64,000 nt of DNA from an uncultured Acidobacteriota bacterium (GTDB lineage Bacteria; Acidobacteriota; UBA6911; RPQK01; JAPXNP01), in contig CAVRSV010000007.1 in NCBI GenBank assembly GCA_963723965.1, positions 702,251 through 766,250 of the forward strand. Direction: 5' to 3'. Under the pieces are notes generated by a model. The model made no database searches. It was given only the letters and a program-made list of their open reading frames with translations, and was not told the DNA's origin. Every line of letters begins with the position of its first letter. Positions within the stretch are counted from its first letter, which is position 1. Of this stretch, positions 50,383 through 59,627 are shown piece by piece. A program made the translations under genes and the position numbers.

Positions 50383-52332
50383 TTACGCCGTCGCCGGTCG
50401 CTCGTTCGGCTTGACCAGGCTCGGGAGCGATTCGTCCTTGTCCTTCTCGGTCCGGTCCCGGCCGGAGGAAGCCCGGGAATCCTCCAGCAGAGGGGAACTT
50501 CCTTCCCGAATCCGCTCGCCCCGCATCACCTTCCCGATCTCTTCGGAGTCCAGCGTCTCGTATTCGAGCAGCGCCTCGGCGAGCCGAACCAGCTTGTCCC
50601 GGTTTTCCCCGAGGATGCGCTCGGCCCGTGTGTACGCTTCGAGAACGATCCGCTTGACCTCTTCGTCGATCTTGATCGCCGTACTCTCGGAGTAGTCCTG
50701 ATGTCGCGAAATCTCGCGCCCCAGGAAAATCTGCTCCTCTTTCTTGCCGAAGGTCAGCGGTCCCAGTTCATCACTCATGCCCCACTCGCACACCATCTTG
50801 CGGGCCAGATCGGTCACCCGTTCGAGATCGTTCGAAGCGCCGGTCGTGGTGCTGCTGAGGAACATCTCCTCGGCGATCCTTCCCGCAAGCAGGATGGTGA
50901 TGTTGGAGTTCATGTACTCGCGGGTGTAGCTGTACTTGTCCTCTTCCGGGAGTTGCATGGTCACACCCAGCGCCCGGCCGCGAGGAATGATCGTGACCTT
51001 GTGCAGCGGATCCGACTCGGGCAGCATGGAAGCCACCAGTGCGTGCCCCGCCTCGTGGTAGGCGGTGTTCCGCTTTTCCTTCTCGTTCATGACCATGGAC
51101 CTTCGTTCCTTGCCCATCAGAACTTTGTCCTTGGCCTCTTCGAAATCGGCCTGCATGACGGACTTCCGGTCCCGGCGGGCGGCCACGAGAGCCGCCTCAT
51201 TGACCATGTTGGCCAACTGGGCGCCGGAAAAACCCGGTGTGCCCCGGGCCAGGACGGAGATGTCCACGTCTTCCGAAATTGGAATCTTGCGGGTGTGGAC
51301 CTTGAGGATTCCCTCGCGGCCCTTGATGTCGGGCAGGGAGACGATCACCTGCCGATCGAAACGGCCCGGCCGCAACAGAGCCGGATCCAGCACGTCGGGT
51401 CGGTTGGTGGCTGCAATCAGAATGACCCCTTCATTCGATTCGAACCCGTCCATCTCGACCAGCAACTGATTGAGGGTTTGTTCGCGCTCGTCATGACCGC
51501 CGCCCAGACCGGCCCCTCGATGGCGACCCACGGCGTCGATCTCATCGATGAAGATGATGCAGGGCGCGTTCTTCTTGCCCTGCTCGAACAGGTCGCGGAC
51601 CCGGCTGGCGCCGACACCGACGAACATCTCGACGAAATCGGAGCCGCTGATACTGAAGAAGGGGACATTGGCCTCCCCGGCGATGGCGCGCGCCAGCAGG
51701 GTCTTCCCCGTCCCCGGGGGGCCCATCAGCAGAACGCCTTTGGGAATCCTCCCGCCCAGTTTCTGAAACTTCTGGGGTTCCTTCAGGAACTCGACGATCT
51801 CCTGCAGTTCCTCCTTCGCCTCCTCGATCCCGGCCACATCCTTGAAAGTCACCTTCTTCTGTTGATTGGTGGACAGCCGGGCACGGCTCTTGCCGAAGGA
51901 CAACGCCTTGTTCCCGCCGCTCTGCATCTGACGCATCAGAAAGATCCAGAAGGCGACGAACAGAATGATCGGGAACCAGGACGTGAGCAGCATGTAGATC
52001 CATCCGCCCTGATCGTCGGCCCGAATTTGAACGACCATTCCCTTGGCGATCAGCGAATTGGCGACGTCCTTCTCGGCACCCTCCGGGATCAGCACCGAGA
52101 ACTTGTGGTCGTTGCCCGACTCCACGTAGGTCCCTTCCACGTGGTTGCCCGTGATCACGATCGGGTTGCTCGGACTGCTCCGGAGCGCATCACTCTGGGT
52201 CAGGCGATCGAAGTCCGAGTATGTGATGTCCTTCGCGTCGGCGTTCTTGAAACTATTGAGAAAGTTCCACAGCACGACGACGGCCACGACAATGACAATC
52301 CAAAGAAATACATTCTTGGCTGTAGTGTTCAA
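50383..52332 (-). CDS. ftsH: ATP-dependent zinc metalloprotease FtsH.
   Basis: Two N-terminal TM helices, AAA+ Walker [17 protein letters not shown], and the HEAGHA zinc protease motif; 649 aa. Confidence 0.95.
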   Translation of the reverse strand: MNTTAKNVFLWIVIVVAVVVLWNFLNSFKNADAKDITYSDFDRLTQSDALRSSPSNPIVITGNHVEGTYVESGNDHKFSVLIPEGAEKDVANSLIAKGMVVQIRADDQGGWIYMLLTSWFPIILFVAFWIFLMRQMQSGGNKALSFGKSRARLSTNQQKKVTFKDVAGIEEAKEELQEIVEFLKEPQKFQKLGGRIPKGVLLMGPPGTGKTLLARAIAGEANVPFFSISGSDFVEMFVGVGASRVRDLFEQGKKNAPCIIFIDEIDAVGRHRGAGLGGGHDEREQTLNQLLVEMDGFESNEGVILIAATNRPDVLDPALLRPGRFDRQVIVSLPDIKGREGILKVHTRKIPISEDVDISVLARGTPGFSGAQLANMVNEAALVAARRDRKSVMQADFEEAKDKVLMGKERRSMVMNEKEKRNTAYHEAGHALVASMLPESDPLHKVTIIPRGRALGVTMQLPEEDKYSYTREYMNSNITILLAGRIAEEMFLSSTTTGASNDLERVTDLARKMVCEWGMSDELGPLTFGKKEEQIFLGREISRHQDYSESTAIKIDEEVKRIVLEAYTRAERILGENRDKLVRLAEALLEYETLDSEEIGKVMRGERIREGSSPLLEDSRASSGRDRTEKDKDESLPSLVKPNERPATA

Positions 52333-52445
52333 TACGGAACCTCCCAGGTCCGGATGGCCCCATTATAGGCGATGACACACAGAACCGTCATCTGCCGGCG
52401 GCCGCCCGCGCCTGATATTGGTCTTTACTGCACTCTATTAGAAGC

Positions 52446-53819
52446 CTACGGCGCCGCAAAAGTTTCGATGTGGATCTCACACAGTCGCTCTCCGGGACCC
52501 GGCATGTCGACGATTTCCGGGGGAGGAAGGCTTTCCACCCAGAGGATCCGGCCGCGGCACTCGAAGATCAGCAGGCGGCTCCGCCGTGAGACGGGGACAC
52601 GCTGCTCGATCAGGATGCGCTTGAGCGACTTCTCCCGGGATCTGGCCGTCAGGCGATACCGGTCGCCCGGTCGCCGATTCCGTACCACCAGGGGCTCTCC
52701 CGAGGGCACAGGCCAACCGTGTCCGGACGCGAGCGGCTCCAGGATCCGCACCCGTTTGCCGACTTCGGGAATCGGGCACTCACCGGGCCAGTCGATGCGG
52801 TAGCAGAACTCCAGGTCCTCGCTTGGGGGGCCGATGCGCAGAAAACCGAATTCCCGCTGCGCGACGACGCTCCCCGGCAAATCGACGCGCCGGCCGCTGG
52901 TGCCCTCGAGCAGATCCAGCGCCGCCTGGACGTGGGCCTGGGTCAGGTCGGTCAGATGTCCCTCGAGGTGACAGTAGGCCAGACGAATCGCCGACTTCCG
53001 GAGGACCAGGGGGAGCCCGGCCAACACCTCGACGGAGATCCGCAACTCCGTCGCTCCGGCAGGGAAATCGCCCAGCCGGCGCCGGGTTTCGTCTTCGATC
53101 AGATCGTCCAGATCGCGAAACAGGACCGCGGTCCTGCCGAGAACCTCGATGAGCCGCGGGTTGAGGCGTTTCTCGAGAACGGGAATCAACTCCTGGCGGA
53201 CCCAGTTCCGGTCGAAACGGGTATCGAGATTGGTGCGGTCGGTGCGATAGGCCAGTCCGCGATCTTCCAGGTAGGCGAGGACCTCTCGCCGGCTGGCCCG
53301 CAGCATGGGACGGATGACCCGCACGGACAGGGCCCGATCGGGGTCCGCATGGCTCCGTCTGATCGCGATGCCCGACAGTCCGCCCGGGCCGGCACCGCGG
53401 CAGAGCTTCATGAGGAACGTCTCGGCCTGATCGTTGAGGGTGTGCCCCGTCGCCAGGACGGCTCCGCGGGGTGCGGCCAGTCGGGCCAGATCGTCGTAGC
53501 GAGCGCGCCGGGCGACCTCCTCGAGGTTGCCCCCGCGCCGGATCCGATCCGGATCGAGTCTCGAACAGTCGAGGGGAACGGCCAGCGCCTCGCAGAGAGC
53601 CTGGACGTGGGCCTCATCTGCCTCGGCCTCCGGGCCGCGAAGACAGTGATTGATGTGGGCGGCGCGAACTTCGATGCCCAGTTCCGCCTCCAACTCTTTC
53701 AGAACTCCCAGCAGGGCCACCGAGTCCGCCCCGCCCGAACAGGCCGCGATCACGGTCTCTCCCCCCGCCAGCAGCCCCTCGCGCCGGATCGTATCAAGGA
53801 CGATGTCCTGAAAGGTCAT
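52446..53819 (-). CDS. tilS: tRNA(Ile)-lysidine synthetase.
   Basis: PP-loop SGGADS and HINHCLRG motif; 457 aa; canonical position upstream of ftsH. Confidence 0.9.
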   Translation of the reverse strand: MTFQDIVLDTIRREGLLAGGETVIAACSGGADSVALLGVLKELEAELGIEVRAAHINHCLRGPEAEADEAHVQALCEALAVPLDCSRLDPDRIRRGGNLEEVARRARYDDLARLAAPRGAVLATGHTLNDQAETFLMKLCRGAGPGGLSGIAIRRSHADPDRALSVRVIRPMLRASRREVLAYLEDRGLAYRTDRTNLDTRFDRNWVRQELIPVLEKRLNPRLIEVLGRTAVLFRDLDDLIEDETRRRLGDFPAGATELRISVEVLAGLPLVLRKSAIRLAYCHLEGHLTDLTQAHVQAALDLLEGTSGRRVDLPGSVVAQREFGFLRIGPPSEDLEFCYRIDWPGECPIPEVGKRVRILEPLASGHGWPVPSGEPLVVRNRRPGDRYRLTARSREKSLKRILIEQRVPVSRRSRLLIFECRGRILWVESLPPPEIVDMPGPGERLCEIHIETFAAP

Positions 53820-53850
53820 GTTCGTTGAGTCCCGGGAGACAGGATACGCG

Positions 53851-54032
53851 AGGATGATTTGAGATAGGAGATTTACGATTTACGATTTGGGATCCGGGTG
53901 AAGACGGACGGAGCGGGGGAGAACCCGGATGGACACACACTCCCGGACCCATACGGACCGACCCGAACTAGCGGGTCGGGCAGAAACTGCGCAGCCGGCC
54001 CCCAATCGTAAATCTCAAACCGTAATTCTCAG
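53851..54032. repeat. Imperfect inverted repeat arms flanking a ~100-bp spacer between tilS and tRNA(CAT). Left arm 53851-53891 includes a heptamer array GATTTAC GATTTAC GATTTGG GATCCGG at 53870-53897; right arm 53992-54032.
   Basis: rc of the right arm (aggatgatctgagaattacggtttgagatttacgattgggg) aligns with the left arm (aggatgatttgagataggagatttacgatttacgatttggg) at ~70% identity. Left arm shares gagatttacgatt...cgatttgg with the 39505 repeat. Confidence 0.6.
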
Positions 54033-54085
54033 ATCATCCTGAATTGAAACTCTTTGGGCCGTTCGGATAAGATGTTCGCTTTCCG

Positions 54086-54159
54086 GGGCGGCGTAGCTCA
54101 GTTGGTCAGAGCAGGCGGCTCATATCCGCCGAGTCGGGGGTTCAAGTCCCTCCGCCGCC
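54086..54159 (+). tRNA. tRNA with CAT anticodon (elongator tRNA-Met or lysidine-type tRNA-Ile2); no encoded CCA.
   Basis: Manual cloverleaf fold: 7-bp acceptor GGCGGCG/CGCCGCC with G1:C72, D-arm GCTC/GAGC, anticodon stem GGCGG/CCGCC with loop CTCATAT, T-arm GGGGG TTCAAGT CCCTC, discriminator A. Confidence 0.8.
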
Positions 54160-54189
54160 ATTCAGCCTTCTGTCCCCACGAGGTGACCC

Positions 54190-55488
54190 ATGTCGATCCA
54201 GCGCAGCGAAGCACTTTTCGAGCGTGCCCAGCGGGTAATACCGGGCGGCGTGAACAGCCCCGTCCGGGCCTTTCGGGCCGTCGGCGGCATTCCCCGATTC
54301 ATTGCTTCGGCGAAAGGCTGTTTCCTGACCGACGCGGATGGAAACCGCTACATCGACTACGTCGGTTCCTGGGGTCCCATGATTCTGGGACACGCCCGTC
54401 CCGAGGTGGTCCAGGCCGTTCAGGAGGCTGCCCGGCGAGGCACGAGCTTCGGGGCGCCCACGGAACTGGAAGTCCTGCTGGCGGAGAAGATCTGTGCCAT
54501 GGTTCCTTCCGTCGAGAAGGTCCGACTGGTCAACTCCGGAACCGAGGCCACCATGAGCGCCCTGCGGGTCGCGCGCGGCTTTACGGGCCGGCCCATGATG
54601 ATCAAGTTCGACGGCTGCTATCACGGGCATTCCGACAGCTTCCTGGTCGAAGCCGGCTCGGGGGTCGCCACGCTCGGAATCCCGGGAACACCCGGGATCC
54701 CGGATGAGTTCGCGGGCAAGACGCTGAGCCTGCCCTACAACGACCTGGACGCGGTCGAGGGAGCCCTGGAACGCTATCCGGGGCAGGTTGCCGCCATCAT
54801 CTGCGAGCCTGTCACCGGCAACATGGGAGTGGTCGTCCCCAAGTGGCAGTACCTGGCGGAACTGATCGCACTCGCCGAGGCCCACGGTGCGCTGGTGATT
54901 TTCGACGAGGTCATGACCGGATTCAGGCTGGCCCCGGGCGGTGCCCAAGAACTCTTCGAACTCCGGCCCCACCTCACCTGCCTCGGGAAGATCGTCGGCG
55001 GAGGGTTGCCCCTCGGCGCCTTTGGCGGGAGGAAAGACATCATGGGCATGGTGGCCCCCGAGGGACCGGTGTATCAGGCCGGAACTCTGTCGGGAAACCC
55101 GCTGGCCGTCAGCGCCGGGTTGACCACACTCGACATACTCCAGGCGGATCCGCCTTACGAACTCCTGGAACGTAACACTCGAGAGCTCTGCATCGGCCTC
55201 GAAGAAGCCGCAGCGGCGGCCGGCGCGACCGTTCGGATCCCGCGCTGCGGCTCCATGTTCACGATTTTCTTCAACGACATGGAACCGGTCGACTTCGCGT
55301 CGGTCAAACGGTCCGATACGCGAATGTTCGCCGACTTCTTCGCCGGGATGCTGAAGAGGGGCGTCTACCTCGCACCCTCTCAATTCGAGGCCTGCTTCGT
55401 CTCCACCGCGCACACATCGGACGCCATCCAGTCAACGATCGATGCGGCGGCTGAGACGTTTCGTGAGGTGATCGAGCAGCGCAAGTAG
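54190..55488 (+). CDS. hemL: Glutamate-1-semialdehyde 2,1-aminomutase.
   Basis: SEALFERAQRVIPGGVNSPVRAF N-terminus; PLP-lysine region; 432 aa. Confidence 0.95.
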   Translation: MSIQRSEALFERAQRVIPGGVNSPVRAFRAVGGIPRFIASAKGCFLTDADGNRYIDYVGSWGPMILGHARPEVVQAVQEAARRGTSFGAPTELEVLLAEKICAMVPSVEKVRLVNSGTEATMSALRVARGFTGRPMMIKFDGCYHGHSDSFLVEAGSGVATLGIPGTPGIPDEFAGKTLSLPYNDLDAVEGALERYPGQVAAIICEPVTGNMGVVVPKWQYLAELIALAEAHGALVIFDEVMTGFRLAPGGAQELFELRPHLTCLGKIVGGGLPLGAFGGRKDIMGMVAPEGPVYQAGTLSGNPLAVSAGLTTLDILQADPPYELLERNTRELCIGLEEAAAAAGATVRIPRCGSMFTIFFNDMEPVDFASVKRSDTRMFADFFAGMLKRGVYLAPSQFEACFVSTAHTSDAIQSTIDAAAETFREVIEQRK

Positions 55489-55502
55489 CGGCGGCAACCG
55501 CT

Positions 55503-56027
55503 CTATTCGGCCGCGACCGTACTGGAATTCTCGGTCTGCTGATACGTTGCGTCGAGAATCCGGCGGACTTCCTCCTCCGTCGCCTCGAGGGTCTTGTCCT
55601 GCACCGTCGCAATCTCAGCGATGATCAGGTTCCGTGCCCGATCATACATTCGCTTCTCACGAAAGGAGAGGCTCTTGCGGTAGCTGAGGAAGTAGAGGTT
55701 TCTCAGCACCTTGGCGACCTCACAGATCTCTCCGGAGTTCATTTTCTCCAGATTCGTCTTGTAACGCGTCTTCCAATCCGGATCGGGTTCCACGAAGGAG
55801 TTCCCGAGAATCTCGAAGAGACGGTCGACGGTGCCTTCGTCGCTAAGCGTCCGCATGCCGACGTTGTCGGCATTGGCGACTGGAATCATCACCGTGGAGT
55901 CGTTGGCGGCGAGCCGCACCATGTAAAACTCTTCAGCGTGACCGGCGATCGTCTTGGTGGAAACCTCTTCGATGACGCCGACACCCTGATTTGGATAAAT
56001 AACTTTATCCCCCACCTTGAATGACAT
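55503..56027 (-). CDS. carD: CarD/CdnL-family RNA polymerase-binding transcriptional regulator.
   Basis: MSFKVGDKVIYPNQGVGVIEEV CarD_TRCF RNAP-interacting domain; 174 aa. TTGACA-N17-TACCAT promoter-like sequence ~40 bp upstream (rc of 56050-56090). Confidence 0.8.
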   Translation of the reverse strand: MSFKVGDKVIYPNQGVGVIEEVSTKTIAGHAEEFYMVRLAANDSTVMIPVANADNVGMRTLSDEGTVDRLFEILGNSFVEPDPDWKTRYKTNLEKMNSGEICEVAKVLRNLYFLSYRKSLSFREKRMYDRARNLIIAEIATVQDKTLEATEEEVRRILDATYQQTENSSTVAAE

Positions 56028-56363
56028 GAAGCCTCCGTGTCCAAAACCGAAAAGGCTGGAAGTTCAATGGTAGGAGACCTCCCGGAAAATGTCAAAAAAC
56101 CGACTGGCCGCCGACCCGGCCACCTGACGCCGGCGAAAGGCCGTTCAGCCGCAAACCAGCCCCGAAAGAATGCCGGGTTTACGGACTCCTCGAGTCGGAG
56201 ACTCCCCGGTGCCGGGCGGACGGGACCGCCCGAACCATTGAAGGCGCCGTTGACCGAAACATCCCCGGGATTTCATCGAACTAGGAGTAAAGTTGGTATT
56301 ATGGTGCGAAATCCCGGGCTGAGAGGGAGGCTGGTGCTGTCCGGGCCGGCCAAATGACAGAGT

Positions 56364-58670
56364 TTGATGGAATCTCTTTTCGCTTTCCTTTTTAAGTACC
56401 GGCCCTTCCTGTTCAGGGAGGGTGATTTCGCCTTTCAGCCAATCCTGAGCCCCTGGTTCTTCCTGTTCGTGGGCCTGGTCCTCGTCGCCGTCATCGTCGC
56501 GCTGTACGCACGCGCCGGCGGACTCGCGACGAGCCGCGGGAGAGTATTGTTGGCCCTCCGACTGGCAGCCTGTCTGCTGGCCCTGGGACTCCTCATGCGC
56601 CCCACGCTGACCCTTTCCCGGGTGGTCCCACAGACCGGTCTGCTGGCCGTTCTGGTCGACAACTCCATGAGCATGGGCCTCTCCGATGGCGGACGGGTAC
56701 GGGGCGACCCGTTGCGGAACCTGGCCGATCCGCAGGGATCGTTTGCCGCGGCTTTGTCCCGGGATTTCCAGGTCCGCTGGCTCAAGTTCGATCGAGAGGC
56801 GTCGCGTCTCAGCGGGCCGAAGGATCTGGACTGGCATGGATCGCAGACCAATTTACCCTCTGCGCTGAGCGGGGTCCTGGATCAAACCAAGAACCTGCCG
56901 CTTGCGGGCGTGGTCGTTTTCACCGACGGCTCGGACAACAGCTTCCGCGACCTGACACCCGTCATCGATGAGTATGCCGCACGAAAGGTGCCCATCCACA
57001 CGGTCGGACTGGGGCCGGAAGCTATCTCCCGGGACGTGGAACTGGTGGACGTCAGCCTGCCCCGACGCATCCTGCCGGCGACAGTGACTTCCGCCAGGGT
57101 GCTGATCCGTCACCCCGGCTTCCGGGGCGCCGGCGTCCGTCTGATGGTGCGGGACGGGACGACGTTGGTCACATCCGAGAATGTATCGCTGTCGAGCGAC
57201 TCGGACGTCACGACGGCCGAAATCAAGCTCTTTCCGAAGTTCACCGGCGTCAAGACCTACGATTTCAGCCTCGAGCCGTTGCCCGGCGAGGAACTGGAGA
57301 GGAACAACTCCCGGCAGGTCATCTTCGAGGTGCGGGATACTCCCACCCGCGTCCTGCTCGTGGAGGGTCGTCCCCGCTGGGAGTACAAGTTCATCCGCCA
57401 GTCCATGCAGCCCGATCACAGCATTCAACTCGAGTCGCTGCTGCGCACGGCGCTCAACAAGTACTACCGCCAGGGAATCGAAGAGGAGACCACCCTGGCC
57501 ACCGGCTTTCCGGCGACGAGGAAGGAGCTGTTCGGCTACAAGGGCCTGATCCTGGGAGATGTGGAATCCGCATTCTTCAGCTACGCCCAGATGGAGATGA
57601 TTCAGGATTTCGTCAGTCGCCGGGGAGGCGGACTGCTCATGCTGGGCGGCGAGTCCGCTCTCGGTGCCGGTGGCTTTCAGAACACCCCCATCGAGCAGGC
57701 TCTTCCCGTCTGGCTGGGAAGGGGCGCCGACGACCAGGCGCTGCGCTTCAGCTATCTGCGCGATCCCGAAACGCCGGTTCCGACGGAATACGGAGCGAAT
57801 CATCCCGCACTCCAGCTGGCGGAGTCCGCTCAGAAGAGCGAGGAACTATGGAAGTCGCTCCCTGCCCTGAGCGATCACAATCGCGTGGGCAGCATCAAAC
57901 CCGCTGCGACCGTTCTGCTGGATGCCCGACCTGAGAACCCGGGCGCCGGTTCGACACCGCTGCTGATTTCGCACCGCTACGGACGGGGATTGGGCCTGGT
58001 CTTCCTGACCGGGAGCAGCTGGCGGTGGCAGATGCTGCGGGACCACGCCGACCAGAGCCACGAGACATTCTGGCGTCAGCTGGTGCGCTGGCTGGTCAGT
58101 TCGGCCCGGGACCCCGTTTCGGTGGAGATCGAGCGGGAGGTCTACTCGCAGAACGAACCGGTCCGAATCCGCGCGGAGGTCAACGATGATTCCTTCAATC
58201 GGCTGAATGACGCGCGCGTCGAGGCACTCGTGACGCCTCCCGAGGGCCCCGTTCGAACGTTGGAGATGCACTGGGAAGCCAAGGAGAACGGCGTCTATCG
58301 GACGGAATTCACTCCGGACAGAGACGGACTCTACCGGGTCCAGGTCGTGGCCCACTCCGGAGCCGATCCGGAAGCTCAAACCGGGGTCTTGGGAGACGAT
58401 TACTCGTATTTCCTCACGCAGACGGGCTGGAAGGAATACTTCGACGCGGTCCAGAAGCGCGAGACGCTGGAGAGCATTTCGGAGAAGACGGGCGGCCGCT
58501 ATTTCCCGATCTCCGACGCTTCGAAGATCCCGGAGCAGATCGTGTACACCGGTTCTCACGCGTCGCTCGTGGAAGTCCTCGATCTGTGGAACATGCCCTT
58601 CAACCTGCTGGTGCTTTTGGCGCTGCTGGCCGGGGAGTGGGTGCTGCGACGAAGGTGGGGGAGGATTTAG
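56364..58670 (+). CDS. BatA-like membrane protein: N-terminal double-transmembrane domain, VWA-like region, C-terminal class-I glutamine-amidotransferase-like (ThuA/DUF1355-like) domain.
   Basis: N-terminus MMESLFAFLFKYRPFLFREGD...two TM helices (TIGR02226-like), MIDAS-like VLVDNSMSMG, later GLILGDVESAFFSYAQMEMIQDFVSRRGGGLLMLGG. First gene of an operon ending in MoxR/DUF58. Confidence 0.65.
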   Translation: MMESLFAFLFKYRPFLFREGDFAFQPILSPWFFLFVGLVLVAVIVALYARAGGLATSRGRVLLALRLAACLLALGLLMRPTLTLSRVVPQTGLLAVLVDNSMSMGLSDGGRVRGDPLRNLADPQGSFAAALSRDFQVRWLKFDREASRLSGPKDLDWHGSQTNLPSALSGVLDQTKNLPLAGVVVFTDGSDNSFRDLTPVIDEYAARKVPIHTVGLGPEAISRDVELVDVSLPRRILPATVTSARVLIRHPGFRGAGVRLMVRDGTTLVTSENVSLSSDSDVTTAEIKLFPKFTGVKTYDFSLEPLPGEELERNNSRQVIFEVRDTPTRVLLVEGRPRWEYKFIRQSMQPDHSIQLESLLRTALNKYYRQGIEEETTLATGFPATRKELFGYKGLILGDVESAFFSYAQMEMIQDFVSRRGGGLLMLGGESALGAGGFQNTPIEQALPVWLGRGADDQALRFSYLRDPETPVPTEYGANHPALQLAESAQKSEELWKSLPALSDHNRVGSIKPAATVLLDARPENPGAGSTPLLISHRYGRGLGLVFLTGSSWRWQMLRDHADQSHETFWRQLVRWLVSSARDPVSVEIEREVYSQNEPVRIRAEVNDDSFNRLNDARVEALVTPPEGPVRTLEMHWEAKENGVYRTEFTPDRDGLYRVQVVAHSGADPEAQTGVLGDDYSYFLTQTGWKEYFDAVQKRETLESISEKTGGRYFPISDASKIPEQIVYTGSHASLVEVLDLWNMPFNLLVLLALLAGEWVLRRRWGRI

Positions 58671-59627
58671 GTGAGCCAGCGGATCGGGACTTTTCATCGC
58701 CTCCTGGCCACATACGGCCCTGTCGGCATCATGGCGGCCCTGCTCGCCTTCAGCGGGGTGGCGGGTGCCGACGAGGGGAACGTTGCATCGGCCTGCGCAA
58801 TCGTGACCGGTCTGGGAGGGATTCCCGAGTACGAAGAAAACTTCCAGAGTTGGGCCGACTCCATCGAAAAGGTCTGCCGTGACGGCGGCGCCGGCCAGGT
58901 CTTTCGCCTGGACGGCCGGAAGGCCGGGAGACCGGAGATCCTTGCCCGGCTGCAGGGGCTTGGCGAACTCCCCGAGGGAACGCCGACCTGGCTCTTCCTC
59001 ATCGGCCACGCCTCCTACGACGGCCGCCAGTACAAGTTCAACATCAAGGGACCCGACCTGACCGGCGGGGACCTGGCCGGAATCCTCGACGGCCTGGGTG
59101 ACCGACCGACCTATCTGGTCCTCGCGACCAGCTGCAGCGGGTCGGTCGCTCCCGACCTCAAGGGCCCTCACCGTGTCATCGTGTCGGCGACGCGGAGCGG
59201 CCGGGAGCGACATCCTCCCCTGTTCATGTCCTTCTTCGTTGAGGCAGCCCAGACGGCCGAGGCCGATCAGAACAAGGATCGCCGCGTTTCCCTGCAGGAG
59301 GTGTTCGATTTCACCGAGAAGCAGGTCAACGGCTGGTACGAAGAGAAGGGGCGGCTGCAGACCGAGCATCCTCTGCTCATCGATGCCGCCGGCGCCGGCA
59401 ACCTGGCGCGTTTTGCCTACCTGTCAAAACCGCCCGAACAGAGCTACCGCAGTCTTGAAGCACGCCAGCTAGTGCCTCAGCGGACCCGTCTCGAACGGGA
59501 AATCGAGGATTTGAAGCTGCGCAAGGCGGAGATGGAATCGGCGGACTATTACCGAGAACTGGAGCGACTGCTCCTGGAACTTTCCGAATTGAACGAGAAG
59601 ATTCACAAGCTCGAGGGGACGCCGTGA
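58671..59627 (+). CDS. Secreted clan-CD-like (caspase/legumain-fold) cysteine peptidase homologue with C-terminal coiled coil.
   Basis: Signal peptide; His/Cys dyad in the characteristic order and spacing (LFLIGHASYDG ... YLVLATSCSGS); GTG start preceded by GGGGGAGGA RBS. Confidence 0.5.
   Translation: MSQRIGTFHRLLATYGPVGIMAALLAFSGVAGADEGNVASACAIVTGLGGIPEYEENFQSWADSIEKVCRDGGAGQVFRLDGRKAGRPEILARLQGLGELPEGTPTWLFLIGHASYDGRQYKFNIKGPDLTGGDLAGILDGLGDRPTYLVLATSCSGSVAPDLKGPHRVIVSATRSGRERHPPLFMSFFVEAAQTAEADQNKDRRVSLQEVFDFTEKQVNGWYEEKGRLQTEHPLLIDAAGAGNLARFAYLSKPPEQSYRSLEARQLVPQRTRLEREIEDLKLRKAEMESADYYRELERLLLELSELNEKIHKLEGTP

Noticed and set aside
56100-56300. Possible structured ncRNA in the 336-bp carD leader region (stems such as CGGGCGG-acggga-CCGCCCG).
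   Set aside because: Could not match any known RNA family by eye; short GC stems are expected by chance in 65% GC DNA. Left as unassigned 5' UTR.
56350-56372. Sequence 'agagtttgatgg' resembling the 5' end of 16S rRNA (AGAGTTTGATCMTGGCTCAG).
   Set aside because: Only a 10-nt coincidence directly at the start codon of the BatA-like gene; no downstream rRNA-like sequence.
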